A stretch of 61,649 nucleotides of DNA, counting the filler, from Choristocarpus tenellus KU-1152 (Eukaryota; Protista; Phaeophyceae), in assembly GCA_964200185.2 (NCBI GenBank). It is 10 parts of 10 records of this genome, joined end to end, with 100 filler letters (N's around TTAATTAATTAA, not from the genome) between each part and the next. Parts side by side here need not be neighbours in the genome. Positions count along the whole stretch, not along the records: positions 4,972 to 14,128 come from CAXNAD020003933.1; positions 14,229 to 21,300 come from CAXNAD020006750.1; positions 21,401 to 33,389 come from CAXNAD020002037.1; 7 more parts are not named here. One strand, given 5' to 3'. Every line of letters begins with the position of its first letter. Positions within the stretch are counted from its first letter, which is position 1. This document shows, piece after piece, positions 11,201 to 25,100 of the stretch. Made by a program: the position numbers and the translations under genes. Under the pieces are notes generated by a model. It saw only the letters and a program-made list of their open reading frames with translations, made no database searches and was not told the DNA's origin.

Positions 11201-12669
11201 GGCTATCAGGAAGGAGGAGAAGAAAGGGAGGAATGCGGAGAAGGTAACATACATATATATATATTGGGCGGGGGAGTAAGGTAGTGCTTCATGTTGTTCC
11301 ACACCAACAGTTCGTACTTTGATGTTACTACTGATATCACCATTTGAGGAGTGGGGTGGGGGTTGGTGGGATGGGGTTGTGTGGGGTGAGGTGGGGAGAC
11401 AAAGGAGTGTGTGTGTGTGTGTTTGTTGTCTCTTTTTTTTAACACTAAGTCTACCCGTTAGAATTGTTCACTGTATTGTGTATGTTAATATTATATAGTG
11501 CATGTTAATATCATATGGTGTATGTTAATATTATATAGTGTATGTTAATATCATATATTGTATGTTAATATTATATAGTGTATGTTAATATTATATAGTG
11601 TATGTTAATATTATAGTGTATGTTAATATTATATAGTGTATGTTAATATTATATAGTGTATGTTAATATTATATAGTGTATATTAATATCATATAGTGTA
11701 TGTTAATATCATATAGTGTATGTTAATATTATATAGTGTATGTTAATATCATATAGTGTATGTTAATATTATATAGTGTATGTTAATATTATATAGTGTA
11801 TGTTAATACTATATAGTGTATGTTAATATTTTATAGTGTATGTAGTACACAGTTGTCAGTCGGTTGATTCTTTTTGTTGTTATTGCTTTGGTGCGATGCA
11901 CTCTTAGAACAGTTTTTATTTTTATGCATTGTGTGATTTAATTTTAACGCCCTTTTTTTCCTCATGAAACTTGAAAACAAAAAAATCTCTCTTCCAACAC
12001 CAACCAGCACCACTGTTGTGTGTGTTGCATTTGCAGAGCAGCTCAAGTAGAGGATAATGCCCCCTTTTTGCAGTACTGCTATTCTCTGTTGAGTGTAAAT
12101 TCAAACGACTCACTTGGGCAGGTTGTAATGACTGCACAAGACGGTAATATTCATATTTTGATTTTTTTTCGGCGGTGATCCTACATTAAGTTAAACCCCA
12201 CTATGAGGTTACCCTAAAATGTCATCGAAATCTGACTCATGTCTACACGGTACCTAGTCTACATAGCCAGTTGTGCAGTCGCAAGAAACACCTTCCCAAT
12301 GCAGTATTTGTTCTTCCCCACAAACTGTTTGAGCTCTGATGATGAACAGAGGAAGTGCTTACAATTGGCTGTGGATAATATTGAAACAGTATTATTATTG
12401 TTATTAATATTATTATTTTTATTTTTATTTTTATTTTTTAGTTGTATTGCATTCGCCAGTTATGCTGTATTACCGCAAGGATATTTCTTGAGGTGTACTG
12501 TGAACCCCATTGACCATGGCCTTTCTCTTCAAAATTCTTGTGGGTCTTGGTCCAGGTGATGGCTCTTTTGCTGACATCGGTGGAAAGAGATGGTGTTAGG
12601 GAAGATTCTCTTTTTACTTTTGCCATCAAGAGCCTTGCTCGTCTGGGCAAGCTGGACCTTAGCCTGAGG
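8280..12669 (+). CDS. Plastid-targeted protein, probably PPR-like (3'-partial). Exons 8280-8600, 8995-9108, 9564-9750, 11065-11243, 12556-12669 (or 12689)
   Basis: GT-AG exons join in frame (intron phases 0,0,1,0). The N-terminus MNRDNALLLCAAVVLRTAFA^FVPPST is a signal peptide + ASAFAP-type motif + S/T/R-rich transit peptide. The last exons give AVQACMRAIRKEEKKGRNAEKVMALLLTSVERDGVREDSLFTFAIKSLARLGKLDLSLR, resembling PPR helices. Confidence 0.7.
11478..11843. repeat. 20-bp minisatellite (TATGTTAATATTATATAGTG), ~18 copies, intronic
   Basis: Direct tandem periodicity. Confidence 0.95.
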
Positions 12670-12839
12670 GTAGAGGAGATGCGGGATGAGTGAGTTGATG
12701 AGTGATGTCACTGGGGTTAACTGGGGGTATTGAAAGTCAGGATTGATAATTGTATTGTGTTGTAAGTAATTTTTGTGAATCTGATTGATATTTATAGTTA
12801 TATGGTTGGAAGTGTTAGTAAATGTGATCGAGAAGAGCA

Positions 12840-13420
12840 TTAGTAGTAAGTGTGATAGATAAAGATAGTAACATGGCTGATAATGATGGAAAATGTGATT
12901 GATAAAGACGGTAACATGATTGATAATGATAGTTAATGTGATCGATATTGGTGGTAAATGTGTTTGATAAAGACATTAACGTGGTTGATAATGATAGTTA
13001 ATGTGATTGATAAAGACATTAATGCGATTGATAATGATAGTTAATGTGATCGATATTGGTGGTAAATGTGTTTGATAAAGACATTAACGTGATTGATAAT
13101 GATAGTTAATGTGATTGATAAAGATAGTAACATGATTGATAATGATAGTTGATGTGATCGATAATGGGGGTAATTGTGATTGATAAAGACAGTAACGTGG
13201 TTGACAATGGTGGTAAATGTGTTTGATAAAGAACGTAACATGATTGATAATGATAGTTAATGTGATTGATAAAGACATTAATGTGATTGATAATGATAGT
13301 TAATGTGATCGATATTGGTGGTAAATGTGATTGATAAAGACATTAACGTGGTTGATAATGATAGTTAATGTGATTGATAATGGTATTTAATGTGAACGAT
13401 AGTGATGGTAAGTGTGATTG
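12840..13420. repeat. Degenerate AT-rich composite minisatellite (GATTGATAATGATAGTTAATGT / GATAAAGACATTAAC units)
   Basis: Recurrent ~21-bp subunits with higher-order repetition. Confidence 0.9.
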
Positions 13421-14399
13421 ATGATGATACTATCTGTGACTGATGTTAACCAAACACCACCACTACCACTAAAAAGAATAACTATGGGATTAACAAGGGT
13501 TAGAGAGTACACACAAGACACAGAATATATTCACAATATAATTAATTGCCGATTTATTAGTTACGCCACTTTTTTTAATATTTATTTATTTTATTTTTTC
13601 CCTGGTTACAGGCGATTGGTGTCTGTCTTACTCGATTCTTTTTTATTTTACAATTTTTTTAGCTGTTCCGTCTCTTGAAAGTAATGCACGCAAAATACTT
13701 TTCTCCATTTTTTTTTCTTTCTCCCAATGCTCTACCCTTCCTTGAGTTGTCAGAGACCCCTCAAGACCCCAATTCAAACGTGACAAAAGAAATTGTACAA
13801 TACAGTGATCCACTAGGATACATTCAAGTCTCCACTGTTAGTTTTGCCTGCCCTCTCCCACTCAACACTGACACCGTTCTTTGAGAAGGAGAGGTGGGAA
13901 AGTGAAGGTCAATATTTTCCCCTTGAAATTAGACTCCATTTTGGGTTGTACTTGTGGTTGAGGAGTACCTGGTGGAGGTATTATTCTGTGCCAAGTTTGT
14001 AGCATTCTGAGGGGTGAGAGCGTGTGTATGGAAAGGTGATGGAAAGATCTTTTGTGTGACTCAGTACCACTTCTGCAATGTGAACTTTGCATGCTGGGTG
14101 TCATGATGGGTTGGCGTGTTTGGTAGAGNNNNNNNNNNNNNNNNNNNNNNNNNNNNNNNNNNNNNNNNNNNNTTAATTAATTAANNNNNNNNNNNNNNNN
14201 NNNNNNNNNNNNNNNNNNNNNNNNNNNNGGTGAAGATTACCTCTTCAGGCGTCAAAATCGTCCTTAAATGCGCGGTTCGCGCGCGCAGCGTGGCACCCCC
14301 GTGCAATCCGTGCGAGCGGACTATTTAATTAAAGTATGGTCCTGTATTTCTCACGATTACTGCAAGTTGGCCATCAAACAAGGATAACCATCCGTGCTG

Positions 14400-14905
14400 A
14401 TGCGATTGCAACAAACGAATTTTGATGAAAAAACTTATTGTTGATAGAATGTTATGGCACACTGTATTCGTCTTAAAGTGCAGTTCTGCTTTTTTTCACC
14501 ATGTCGCCAAAACAGATATACAACAATATATGTATCAAATGAAAGTTTATGGCAAGACCTTTTGAAGGTTGGGATGCAGGAATGTAGAAACTTTGGTGAA
14601 CGGGAACTATGTCCCGATAAAATAATGGAAAAAACGCGGGGGAATAGCCGGTGCAATTTTGAAGGTCACAACTTCAAAACGGACAAGAATGAAGTAGTTG
14701 GCTGAACTCCTTGCAGAAAACTGGTCCGGATTACGTAGCTGCCCAAGTTTGGCTATTGCGACCCTCACTAAAAAAAAGCAGAACCCCCCCCCAAGATTTT
14801 CCTCTTTTAAACGCCTTTTGGAGACTTTTTGTAAGCACGCACACACGTACGTGACTTACACAACAACATGAACCACGACGTTGAGAAAAGGAGAGCCGCC
14901 GAGGC
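14400..14905. mobile_element. Dispersed repeat family D, uninterrupted copy
   Basis: Colinear with 5900-6647 minus the MITE. Confidence 0.75.
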
Positions 14906-14949
14906 GTTGTGACAGACATCACGAATTCACTTTTATTTTTTAAAATCTG

Positions 14950-15480
14950 ATGTATTCTTATGTTGAGGACATTTTATATTTTATAGTTTTCATTGGTTTT
15001 CCCCTGACACATCTGCAAAATGTCAGAGGGCATAATAATATAAAAATGTATACATATGTGTATATATAATGTCCTCAACATAAGACATTAAAAGTATGAC
15101 AGGACAACTCACACAATAATAGCGGTCAGAGGGCATAAAAATAAATAATAGCGGTTCGAGGTTTCAAGATCCTATGTATTTAATGAGCTGGTAGTCAAAT
15201 AGTAAATAGGTGATAGAAAAATATTTTTCACATTTCCACAATTGGTACTCTTACCTGATTTCTTGTGATGTTGCTCTTGTTCTTCATATTTTATTCATTG
15301 TTTTTCCTTCCATATCTGAAAAATGTCAGACGGCAGAATAATATATTTACTGACATTCTGCTGATGTGTTGCGAGTTAGTCAGGTGTGATGTTATGATAG
15401 TAAATAAAAAAATAGAGAGAGAAAGATCCTACAATACAGTATATCTGCAAAATGTCAGAGGGCATAATAATATAATACAG
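14950..15480. repeat. Region with inverted and dispersed short repeats (probable decayed DNA transposon)
   Basis: cttatgttgaggacatt (14957) is inverted with aatgtcctcaacataag (15068). atctgcaaaatgtcagagggcataataata occurs at 15011 and 15443, with variants at ~15125 and 15313 and a reverse copy at ~57232. Confidence 0.6.
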
Positions 15481-15993
15481 TATATCAGTCAATCCTTCCA
15501 TGCCAAAAAACAAAATAATAACTATAATAATAACTTAAACAGATACACTTCCCTCCCTCTCCTCTGAAGAATAATAAGCGCACAAAACAAAATACTTCGA
15601 ACTTGGAAACACGCCCTAACAATAATACATCGAATTCTGTATCATTCAGTGCTTTGCATCCCTCTTGAAAACTGTTTTGTGAGGAGAGTTTGGAGCCTCC
15701 AACCTAACCTACTGTTAGTAGAGTCATCTCCTTCTCGTCTCAATAGGAAGTGTCAAGTAAGTTGTTCATTATCGCATATTTAGTGGTATAACACAGCTTG
15801 TTTGATAAAAAATTCCAACCTCACCGATGCAATGCAAATATTGAACGGTGAGCTGCCACTCCCCCTCCCTCTTATGGCTAGGGAGTTGGACAACGATATG
15901 TTCTTGTCCCTGATCTCACTGTGATGGTATTACCCTTTTCTGATCTAAGGTTCTTGGCAGTGTGCTCGATCCCACATCAGTCGTCCACGAATC

Positions 15994-17240
15994 ATGGGAG
16001 GTGGAAATGGCCAGAAGTCGGCGACAGCTCGGCTCCGGAATGAGAAGAAGAAAGGTCAAGGCAACAAGGGCTCCGAGCGGGCAGTGAACGCTGCTGCTTG
16101 CAACATCATCTGCCAGGTTAGAACAACTCTCCAATTCTATCCTCGATTTGTTAAAAATGTTGGCAAGGCGTAAGCTGGTAAATCACGTCTTGTAGACTCT
16201 CGAAACTCACAAGGAAATGAGGAAATTCGCGTACCAAAGGGAAGCAACATGTGCCGCATGCACGATTGACTGTTGAGGATTGCAAAAAGGGGTCAGGATG
16301 ACTTAAACGGAGTGCGTTGGGGGGTTCGAAAATCTGGTTTCAAGTGTAGGAGATGATGGGTACGCATGAACTCGTAAAGGGAGGAAAGGGAAGAGGAGCA
16401 ATTAACAGCATATAATGTAACACTATATTTTAATGCATACTTTTAGGTGTTTCGTAATAAGTGAAAGTTGGTCCCAGCAAGAAGACGCTCTCCCGAGAGA
16501 AACACCGCGGAAAACTACATCATCCAGAGCTCTTGATGCCAACCTGAGAGCTAACCACCCTCCTGGGCTCCCGATTTTTCTCAATTTGACTTGTATGCCT
16601 AGTCATCCCATTTCCATGCTGTCATAGTCCTATCTGCCAAGGCTCTAACTCAAATATCTATCTCATCTCAAGTTAGTAGTCCCCAGCCAATATTCTCCTA
16701 TCCCTTTCGATGGTTGCCTTCTTCTAGACCATCCCTGCATCCATCCTTCAAACCAACCATTGAATTTGGAGAGTTGAAGTGATTATAATAGCGATAAGGA
16801 ATGTAGGATGGCTTTTACGGGACTAGCCGTTTCCGATATCCACATTGCATCATCAAATGAGTACTCCAAGAAAGGATCTCCTTCAATATTCTGTTTTAAT
16901 CTTCTGAATGTTACCCTCTTGGCCATTCCATCTGTTCCAACCAATAAATTACCAAGTCCTTTTTGCGGCATGATTAGTAGGAGTGACAGAGGCAGTGGCA
17001 ACATCAATAGTGGCAGTATATTGATGACGTAATCATTTGACTTGCAGAGATGATGACCTTCGCCTGTGCTCCGAATATATTCCGACCCACTGATTTGCCC
17101 ACACACAACTCATTCAGGTCTGCCGACAGAGTTTCATGAATGTTTCAAATGATGCCATACTCATGACACATGTCACGAAGAAGCACAAAGGGAAAAAATC
17201 TCCTGCCGAGTGCTTCCCTAGGAGGCTACAAGTAAGCTGA
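15994..17240 (+). CDS. ZNF706/At2g23090-like small basic C2H2 zinc-finger protein (~81 aa). Exons 15994-16116 and 17118-17240
   Basis: MGGGNGQKSATARLRNEKKKGQGNKGSERAVNAAACNIICQ|VCRQSFMNVSNDAILMTHVTKKHKGKKSPAECFPRRLQVS*. Phase-0 GT-AG intron. Family hallmarks MGGGNxQKS, CxVCxQxF, HxxxKH and CFP are present. CAA|gtaag near the end could be a further donor. Confidence 0.9.
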
Positions 17241-17679
17241 TTTGAGGGTATTTCAGGGTATAAGAATCTGACCCCAAAATATTTTGTCTGTCTCGCCAAA
17301 CACCTCAGAAGTTGTGTAGCCTGGGCGCAATATCCCGCAACCAGTGTGACTGCAAAGCAGTCTTCAGTTTTCTTCTTCTTATTGTTAATGAGTAGTGTAG
17401 CTTGCTTGCTCGCGCAATGCATCATTTATGACATGGCTGGATACCCCTCGCCAAACCTCATGAAAGAGGGCAAGAAGTTGCAACACAGAGAAAGTGTTCA
17501 CCCTGTCTGAACACTGGTGCTATAATGCTGCCATACACAAGCTGAGTCAAGTCATCTCAAGCATTTAGGGAATTCAATAGCTCATCATTTTATACCGTAC
17601 TAAGTAGCGTAAAAGATATTATTATTCGTAATGTTGAGTGGTTGCTGTTTGAGAAGGCACACCTACTTCATACATAGGC

Positions 17680-18020
17680 TTTGCGTTAAACATTTAAGTT
17701 GTAGTCAGCACTTGAGGTTGATACAGAGAGGGCGAGTCGTTCTGGATGGCCCCAGCATGTGCTTTGGTAGAGGTTTGAGGTTCTTCGATGCCGAGGACAT
17801 AATGTTTCGTTTGTTTACTGGAGTACTGTTTACCTCTGTCCCATATTATAGTCTCAATAGGAAATCCCTAAATATAGCATAGGTTAGGAAATATCTTCCT
17901 TCGGAACAGAAGGATCTTTGTCATTGTAAGGGCGATAATTTTGACTGTCCTTGCAGATTGGAACCACATCTCATCCACATATACGAAATTTTCAAAGTAG
18001 TGTGTGACCTTACTTTGGGA
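17680..18020 (-). mobile_element. Decayed Tc1/mariner (DD39D-type) transposase remnant
   Basis: FENFVYVDEMWF resembles the VHxDEKWF first-D motif. Downstream frames are broken. Confidence 0.45.
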
Positions 18021-20920
18021 TCCACAACACAACCATTCTTTTGGACCTTGTAACTCTTCCCTATGGTAGTGATTATGTAATGGTGATAAACATCTCATTG
18101 AGCCCCTCGAAGTCCTACTTGTACTGTTTTTGTTGCGCGTGAATGATCGATTAAACTCCTGTCAATATCGATGTGTTGACCACAAATAGCAAGAAGGAGA
18201 GAAATATAATTTTGCATGAGAAAAACACAGAAAGATGAGCTCAATTTGTTTCGACTGTAAACGGTTTCTGCAATTGTGGGTCAGAATAGGGCATGGAAAT
18301 ACATACCTGGGACTAACCTCCGTAGGGATAGTGCATGTCTATGTGAGCATTCTCATACCTCAGTAGTAGTATACCATGTTCATTCATTGGAATGCACAAG
18401 ATGAAAATCGGTTGAGATCAAAATTTCTTAATGGACCACTTGGCAAAGCACAATGGAAAGGTAAATCTGTACCTTGGAATGCAGAAAACCTAAATCATGG
18501 TGGCAAGGCTTCATTCAATGAACAAAATATTCAAGGGAAGAGCGATGAGCGGTTGGATGGCTGAACCCAATGTGTTAAAAGAATGCAAGGCTTGCATGGA
18601 GGAGTGCAAACAGTTGTAGTTCAGAAAGTAGGTTGTCAATGAGAACTGTTTATGCTGCTGTTTGTAGAACCAGAGCACAGGGCTGGGTCAGGTAGGGTTG
18701 ATATGGTGGTTTCTAGTCCTAGAATACAAGGAGACAAATGATACATGGTGGTTGATAGATTGGACTGGGGAACAGATATTAAAATGATGATATCTTCACA
18801 CAGCCCAGCCCGGCTTCGAACTCGATATCACAAGGGTATGGGTAACACCCTAAAAATAGAGTGTTGCGAAGCATGGTTTAATTCGCTCAATTTGGAATTG
18901 AGAAAGAATCGACATAGTTCCAGAAAACTTCAATTTTAAGGGCTTTTTTCCTATCTTGAGCAGTAAGAAGCGCTCATTAACCACTGTTGACCAGAAGGTC
19001 ACAATACTCAAAACTTATCTCCACAGCTATGAATCAACAGTTGGTAGCAGTTGTTGGGACACATAGATACCTGCAGTTACTGTTTAGAGTAGCTGATCAA
19101 TCATGTGACCACAGTCCACTAGTGGTACTGGATGATAGACGGGCATCTCACAGATTCGTGTTGTAGTCCCATCAGTATTATCCTATTAAGTATTGCTACC
19201 TCGATCAAAGCTATCTTCTAGGTTTACATTCAATGTGTGAATGTGCTACATGATGAATGGTGTGCGTTCAGTACACTATTTTAGTCTAGTGTAGAGACTG
19301 AACACCAACACAGGGAGGCACACTCTATCGGAATTCATAGTGTGGTGTGTAGTACAATATTGGAGAAACCCGTGGTATAAATATCATCATGCAGGGATCG
19401 TTGAATCATTGTCTGTTGCCTGGAGAGGATACATTCGCTGTAATTTATGATGAGTAAGGCCAACTTGTGGAGGGTGCAAATGAGGCTAAGGAGGTATCAA
19501 AGAAAGTCCAATTCATGACCTGGCAAAAGGAAAGAGATTATACCAGTTGAGTGGAGATTTCTAGTTTGTCGTTTGTTTCAAGGAAAACACAGTATTGAGA
19601 CTTTTTGATGTGACCATTATGTACCATGCTCTCCGGTAGAACAGTGACTTTGCCAGTGCCAAGATTTATATGGGGAGACTCTAGTTCGATCATCAATTTA
19701 CAATCTCCAGTGTTGTAAGTCCGAGCAAAGGAAAGGTTATTGGTAGTTTAAAGGGAGATAGGGATTGGATTCGTGGGTCCACGGCATATCGACAAGTTCT
19801 TCAAAGCGAAGTAAACTGGGTTGGGTTACCACACCTCAGTATCACTTCATGGTACTAGACTGCCAATAATATTTGGTACGATGATATTGAACCTCATCCT
19901 TTCATCTCTTTCTGACTCTTCCTATTCTTCATATTGGTGCTATCACGCTCCCCCCAACAGCTTAATTTTGTTGCAATTTCCTGTTGCATATCAAAGAGAA
20001 TACCTCATACCCTCACCTTCACTACCCTGACAGCTGGCTGAGAGTAGATACTTCATCCTTATTTGCGAGGTAGGGAGTGCCACACGTTGCTTGAAAAGTG
20101 CATGATGTGAGAGGCCCAGAAATTCTTGCGCAGTCTACTCTTTGACATGGTTTATGATAAGCCTGGGGAAGTTGGCACGGCACATATCAGAATGTTTTTC
20201 GCGAGACCCAAACCTCGTATTTATTTGTGTGTCATACACTGCACCGGCAATTTTGTTTCAAGATTTTAAAAAACTGCCTCAAAAATATCACACCAAGTTG
20301 GACAGGATTAGTGAATGGAAATTGATGCCCAAGCCTCCTCCAGCCATGCACCTCGAAAAAACACTCAAACAGGTATGACAACGCGTTCTACATCTAGCAA
20401 CTACTACATAGTGCTTTACCATGCTGTGCCTCGTAGAGCATACACTGCACACCTCAACGAGTTCCATCTCATCAGAGCAAATTTCTCAGTAAAAACAGAT
20501 CCTCCCACATTCAAGGCACTCTAGCACTTTCTGTTTCTGTTTCCCACCCCCATTGGTTCTAGCCCTAGCTGCAGTTGTACCTTTGCACTTAAAGCGGTGG
20601 CATGTGGCTGCAAAATGGTGTTCATGGATGGGGCTAAGCCTCTCCCTGCTGCTGCTGATGTTGCTTCTGCCGCCCCCACCCTCACATCTGAGCAATGAAT
20701 ATGCAACGCTCTCTATGAAAGACTGTTGTGATAGACTATCCCCATCTCATCTGTTTCAAGCCAGAGATGCATCTGTCTCAGTAGTGCCAATATTGTGGCA
20801 AATACGTGGTGAGACCAGGACTTTGTCTGCCTTGCTTCTCCAGACCAAGGGGGGAGTGCCTTGTTCTTTGCTTCTGCCCTCCTATCTTGGTACTCCAGGT
20901 ATGTATCCCCACCTTCCAGA

Positions 20921-21140
20921 GAGCCTAAGTAAACTAGTGGTACCCAGGTTTTGGCCATTTTGCATTTAAGTCATATTTTTATCTTCTTCGATTCACCACA
21001 TTTCTATGGATGAGGTTCCAGGTTTGTGATTTTAGAGCGCTTAGTTCTCTCCATTGTTTAAAACATTTTGATATACTTCAGAAATGTCCTGCACACATTT
21101 GTTAAAAATGCTAAATTTTGCACTTAGTTCTTGACATCCT
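20921..21140. mobile_element. Dispersed repeat family C, reverse-orientation copy
   Basis: gagcctaagtaaactagtggtacccaggtttt...ttttgcattta...aattttgcac matches the reverse complement of 2725-2930. Confidence 0.6.
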
Positions 21141-21144
21141 TAAA

Positions 21145-21300
21145 GGCTCAAAGTATTTGAGGAGGGGGTGGCGGCTGTCCTTTTGGGGCCAATTTTTCCC
21201 ATGTTGCAATTTCTGGGTGATATGGTTGCGTACATCAGGTGAATAATGTAAGTACACTTTTCCTGGTTATGACCCAAATGGACACCCTGGTGTAGACTAC
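21145..21300. mobile_element. MITE family A, nearly complete, at contig end
   Basis: ggctcaaagtatttgagg...gtggcggctgtcc...tggacaccctggtgtagac. Confidence 0.8.
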
Positions 21301-22098
21301 NNNNNNNNNNNNNNNNNNNNNNNNNNNNNNNNNNNNNNNNNNNNTTAATTAATTAANNNNNNNNNNNNNNNNNNNNNNNNNNNNNNNNNNNNNNNNNNNN
21401 CTTGTACACATATTCTTGGGGGTATGGGTATGTCACAAACATATACAAGTCACATAAGAAGAGAGCTCAAACAAAACACAAATCTGGACCACCTTTCAAG
21501 CCTATCATTTTCACCCTACCCCTTCAAATATTCGAAAACAGTTCTCTGTACAAACGTCAGACCAACACAAAGTCCCTGCCAACAGCCAAGTCGACTAGCT
21601 CTCAATGACCAAGACACCCATACACAGTCCCTGCATCTCGAACCTTTCAAAACTAAATCCATCAAGATACTATGCTTCTCTGGTCACACCAGATGCAAAA
21701 CAGTTACACGCACTCAAACACAACCTTTGCCCAGACGACATAAAACACTAACAGAGCAACATTCGCCTCCACACTGCTCAACTACATTCATCATTCAACA
21801 TCCATCTTTTGCCAACATTTCTTTTAAACGTTTAAACAACGGGAAATTGATACTCTCAACAACCTAACCGCACAGATACACCAGCGTAAGTTATTATAAG
21901 GGGGCACCACACAGACTCTCTATACTTGACATTCACCACCATCTACCACCTTTGCAGATCATTCTATTGCTGTCCTCATCCCAGCACACAAAAGACAACA
22001 ATCAACAACACCAACAGACCAAGCTTTGTACCGAAGAACATCTAATACACAAACCAAAGCTATACACCTTTCCTTCATACACATCACAGAATACTTAC

Positions 22099-22170
22099 CA
22101 CTAACTTGGTTGTCATGGAGAACTAGCCCAGTTAGGAGCTTAAGGTTGCCAAATTCTGGTGGAATTGAAC
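22099..22170 (-). CDS. LRR exon F: GSIPPEFGNLKLLTGLVLHDNQVS
   Basis: 72 nt, CAG acceptor, GTAAG donor. Confidence 0.95.
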
Positions 22171-25100
22171 CTGCCAAACACCAACAAAAGCGCACCTTAG
22201 ACTGGATCTGTTTGACAAACAACTACTTCACACTATTCACTCACTCCTCTAGGTCTAAGTTGCACCGGATGGTCCAAACCTCTAACAAAACCATGCTTGT
22301 ACAGTATCCAATCCAAATACATAGAAAACGGAATGCTGCAATGAGATGAGAATCAGAATACATACGTACAAAAAACGTACCCCATAATTACTTCATCTAC
22401 TGACAAAATACGAACTATCCCTACCAAATTATCATACACAAATATTACAATAAACCAAATACATTATGTTGGGTCCAACTTAGGTTATCCTTCACTTCCC
22501 ACCTCTACCAACAATGAATACTTAACCACCACCTTACAACCAAAAAACGATATCTTACAACTTATGCACCGGAAACACTCCCCATCGATGAGATGTACCC
22601 AACACATAAATGACCTTGTCCTCCCATTTACAACATCAGAACCAACCACAAGACGGTTCAACTACATGACACAAACTCTCACAAAATCACATACCTTCTG
22701 CCAGAGCAACACAAACCCCCTGCCAACAGCCAAGTCAACTAGCTCTAAATGACCAAGACACCCATACAGTCCCTGCATCTCAAACCTTTCACTCTACAAA
22801 CTATATCCATCCATCAAGAAAATATGCTTCTCTGGTCACACCACATGCAAAACAGTTACACACACTCAAACACAACCTTTGCACATACGAGACAAAACAC
22901 TAACACAACAACATTCGCCTCTACACAGCTCAACTATTTTCATCATTCAACGTCCATCCTTTGCAAACATTTCTTTCAAACGTTTAAACAACAGGAAATT
23001 GATACTCACATCAACCTAATCGCACAGATACACCAACAAAAATTGTCAACAAGAGGGCACCACACAGACTCTTTATATTTGACATTCACCATCTACCACC
23101 TTTCCAGACCATACCATTGCTGTCCTCATCCCAACACAAAAAAGACAACAATCTACAACACCAACAGACCAAGCTTGCAACCAAAGAACATCTAATACAC
23201 AAACCAAAGATAGATAACATTCCTTCATACTCTACAAAGAATACTCACCACTAAGCTGGTTCTGACTGAGATCTAGTTGTGTTAGGAGCTGAAGGTTGCC
23301 AAATTCTGGTGGAATTGAACCTGCCAAACACCAACAAAAGCGCACCTTAGACTAGATCTGTTTGACAAACAACTACTTCACACTATTCACTCACTCCTCT
23401 AGGTCTAACTTGCACCAGATGGTCCAGACCTCTAACAAAACCATGCTTGTACAGTATCCAATCCAAATACATAGAAAATTGAATGCTGCAATCAGATGAG
23501 AATCAGAATACATCCATACAAAAAACGTACCCCATAATTACTTCACCTACTGACAAAATATGAACTATCCCTACCAAATTATCATACACAAATATTACAA
23601 TAAACCAAATACATTATGTTGGGTCCAACTAAGGTTATCTTACACTTGCCACCTCTACCAGACACCACCGTGCTCTACCAACAACTAATACTTAACCACC
23701 ACCTTACAACCAATAAAACATATCTTACAACTTATGCACCGGAAACATTCCCCATCGACGAGATATACCCAACACATAAATTACCTTGTCTTCCCATTTA
23801 CAACATCAGAACCAACCACAAGACGGCTCAACTGCATGACACAAAATCTCACAAATATCACATATCTTGTCATTATTCCAACAAAGGTGCATGTTAACAG
23901 TAACAAGGGAGAGGGCCTGACCTTGTACACATATTCTTGGGGGTATGGGTATGTCACAAACATATACAAGTCACATAAGAAGAGAGCTCAAACAAAACAC
24001 AAATCTGGACCACCTTTCAAACCTATCATTTTCACCCTACCCCTTCAAATATTCCAAAATAGTCCTCTGTACAAACGTCAGACCAACACAAAGTCCCTGC
24101 CAACAGCCAAGTCGACTAGCTCTCAATGACCAAGACACCCATACAGAGTCCCCGCATCTTAAAACCTTTCACTCTACAACTCAATCCTTCAAGATAGTAT
24201 GCTTCTCTGGTCACACCACATGCAAAACAGTTACACACACTCAAACACAACCTTTGCCCAGACGACATAAAACACTAACAGAGCAACATTCGCCTCCATA
24301 CTGCTCAACTACATTCATCATTCAATGTTCATCCTTTGCAGACCATTCCATTGCTGTCCTCATCCTAACCTAAAAATGAAAGCAATCAACAACACCAACA
24401 GCCCAGACTTCCTACTAAAGAGTATCCACTACAAAAACCAAAGCTATACAAAGAATACTCACCACTAAGCTGGTTTAAATGGAGAGCTAGTTTTGTTAGG
24501 AGCTGAAGGTTGCCAAGTTGCGGTGGAATTGAACCTGCCAAACACCAACAAAAGGCAGCTTAGACTGGATCTGTTTGAGAAACAACTACTTCACGCTATT
24601 CACACACTCCTCTAGGTCTAACTTGCATCAGATGGTCCAGACCTCTAATAAAACCATGCTTGTACAGTACCTAATCCAAATGCATAGAAAATTAAATGTT
24701 GCAATAAGATGAGAATCAGAATACATCCATACAAAAAACGTACTCCATAATTACTTCATCTACTGACAAAATATGAACTATCCCTACCAAATTATCATAC
24801 ACAAATATTACAATAAACCAAATACATTATGTTGGGTCCAACTAAGGTTATCTTACACTTACCACCTCTACCAGACACCACCGTGCTCTACCAACAATGA
24901 ATACTTAACCACTACCACCACCACATAAAAACATTATTACAACTTATGCACCGGAAACACTTCCCACCAACGAGATATACCCAACACATAAATTACCTTG
25001 TCTTCCCATTTACAACATCAGAACCAACCACAAGACAATTCAACTGCATGACACAAAATCTCAAGAATATCACATATCTTGTCATCATTCCAACAAAGGT

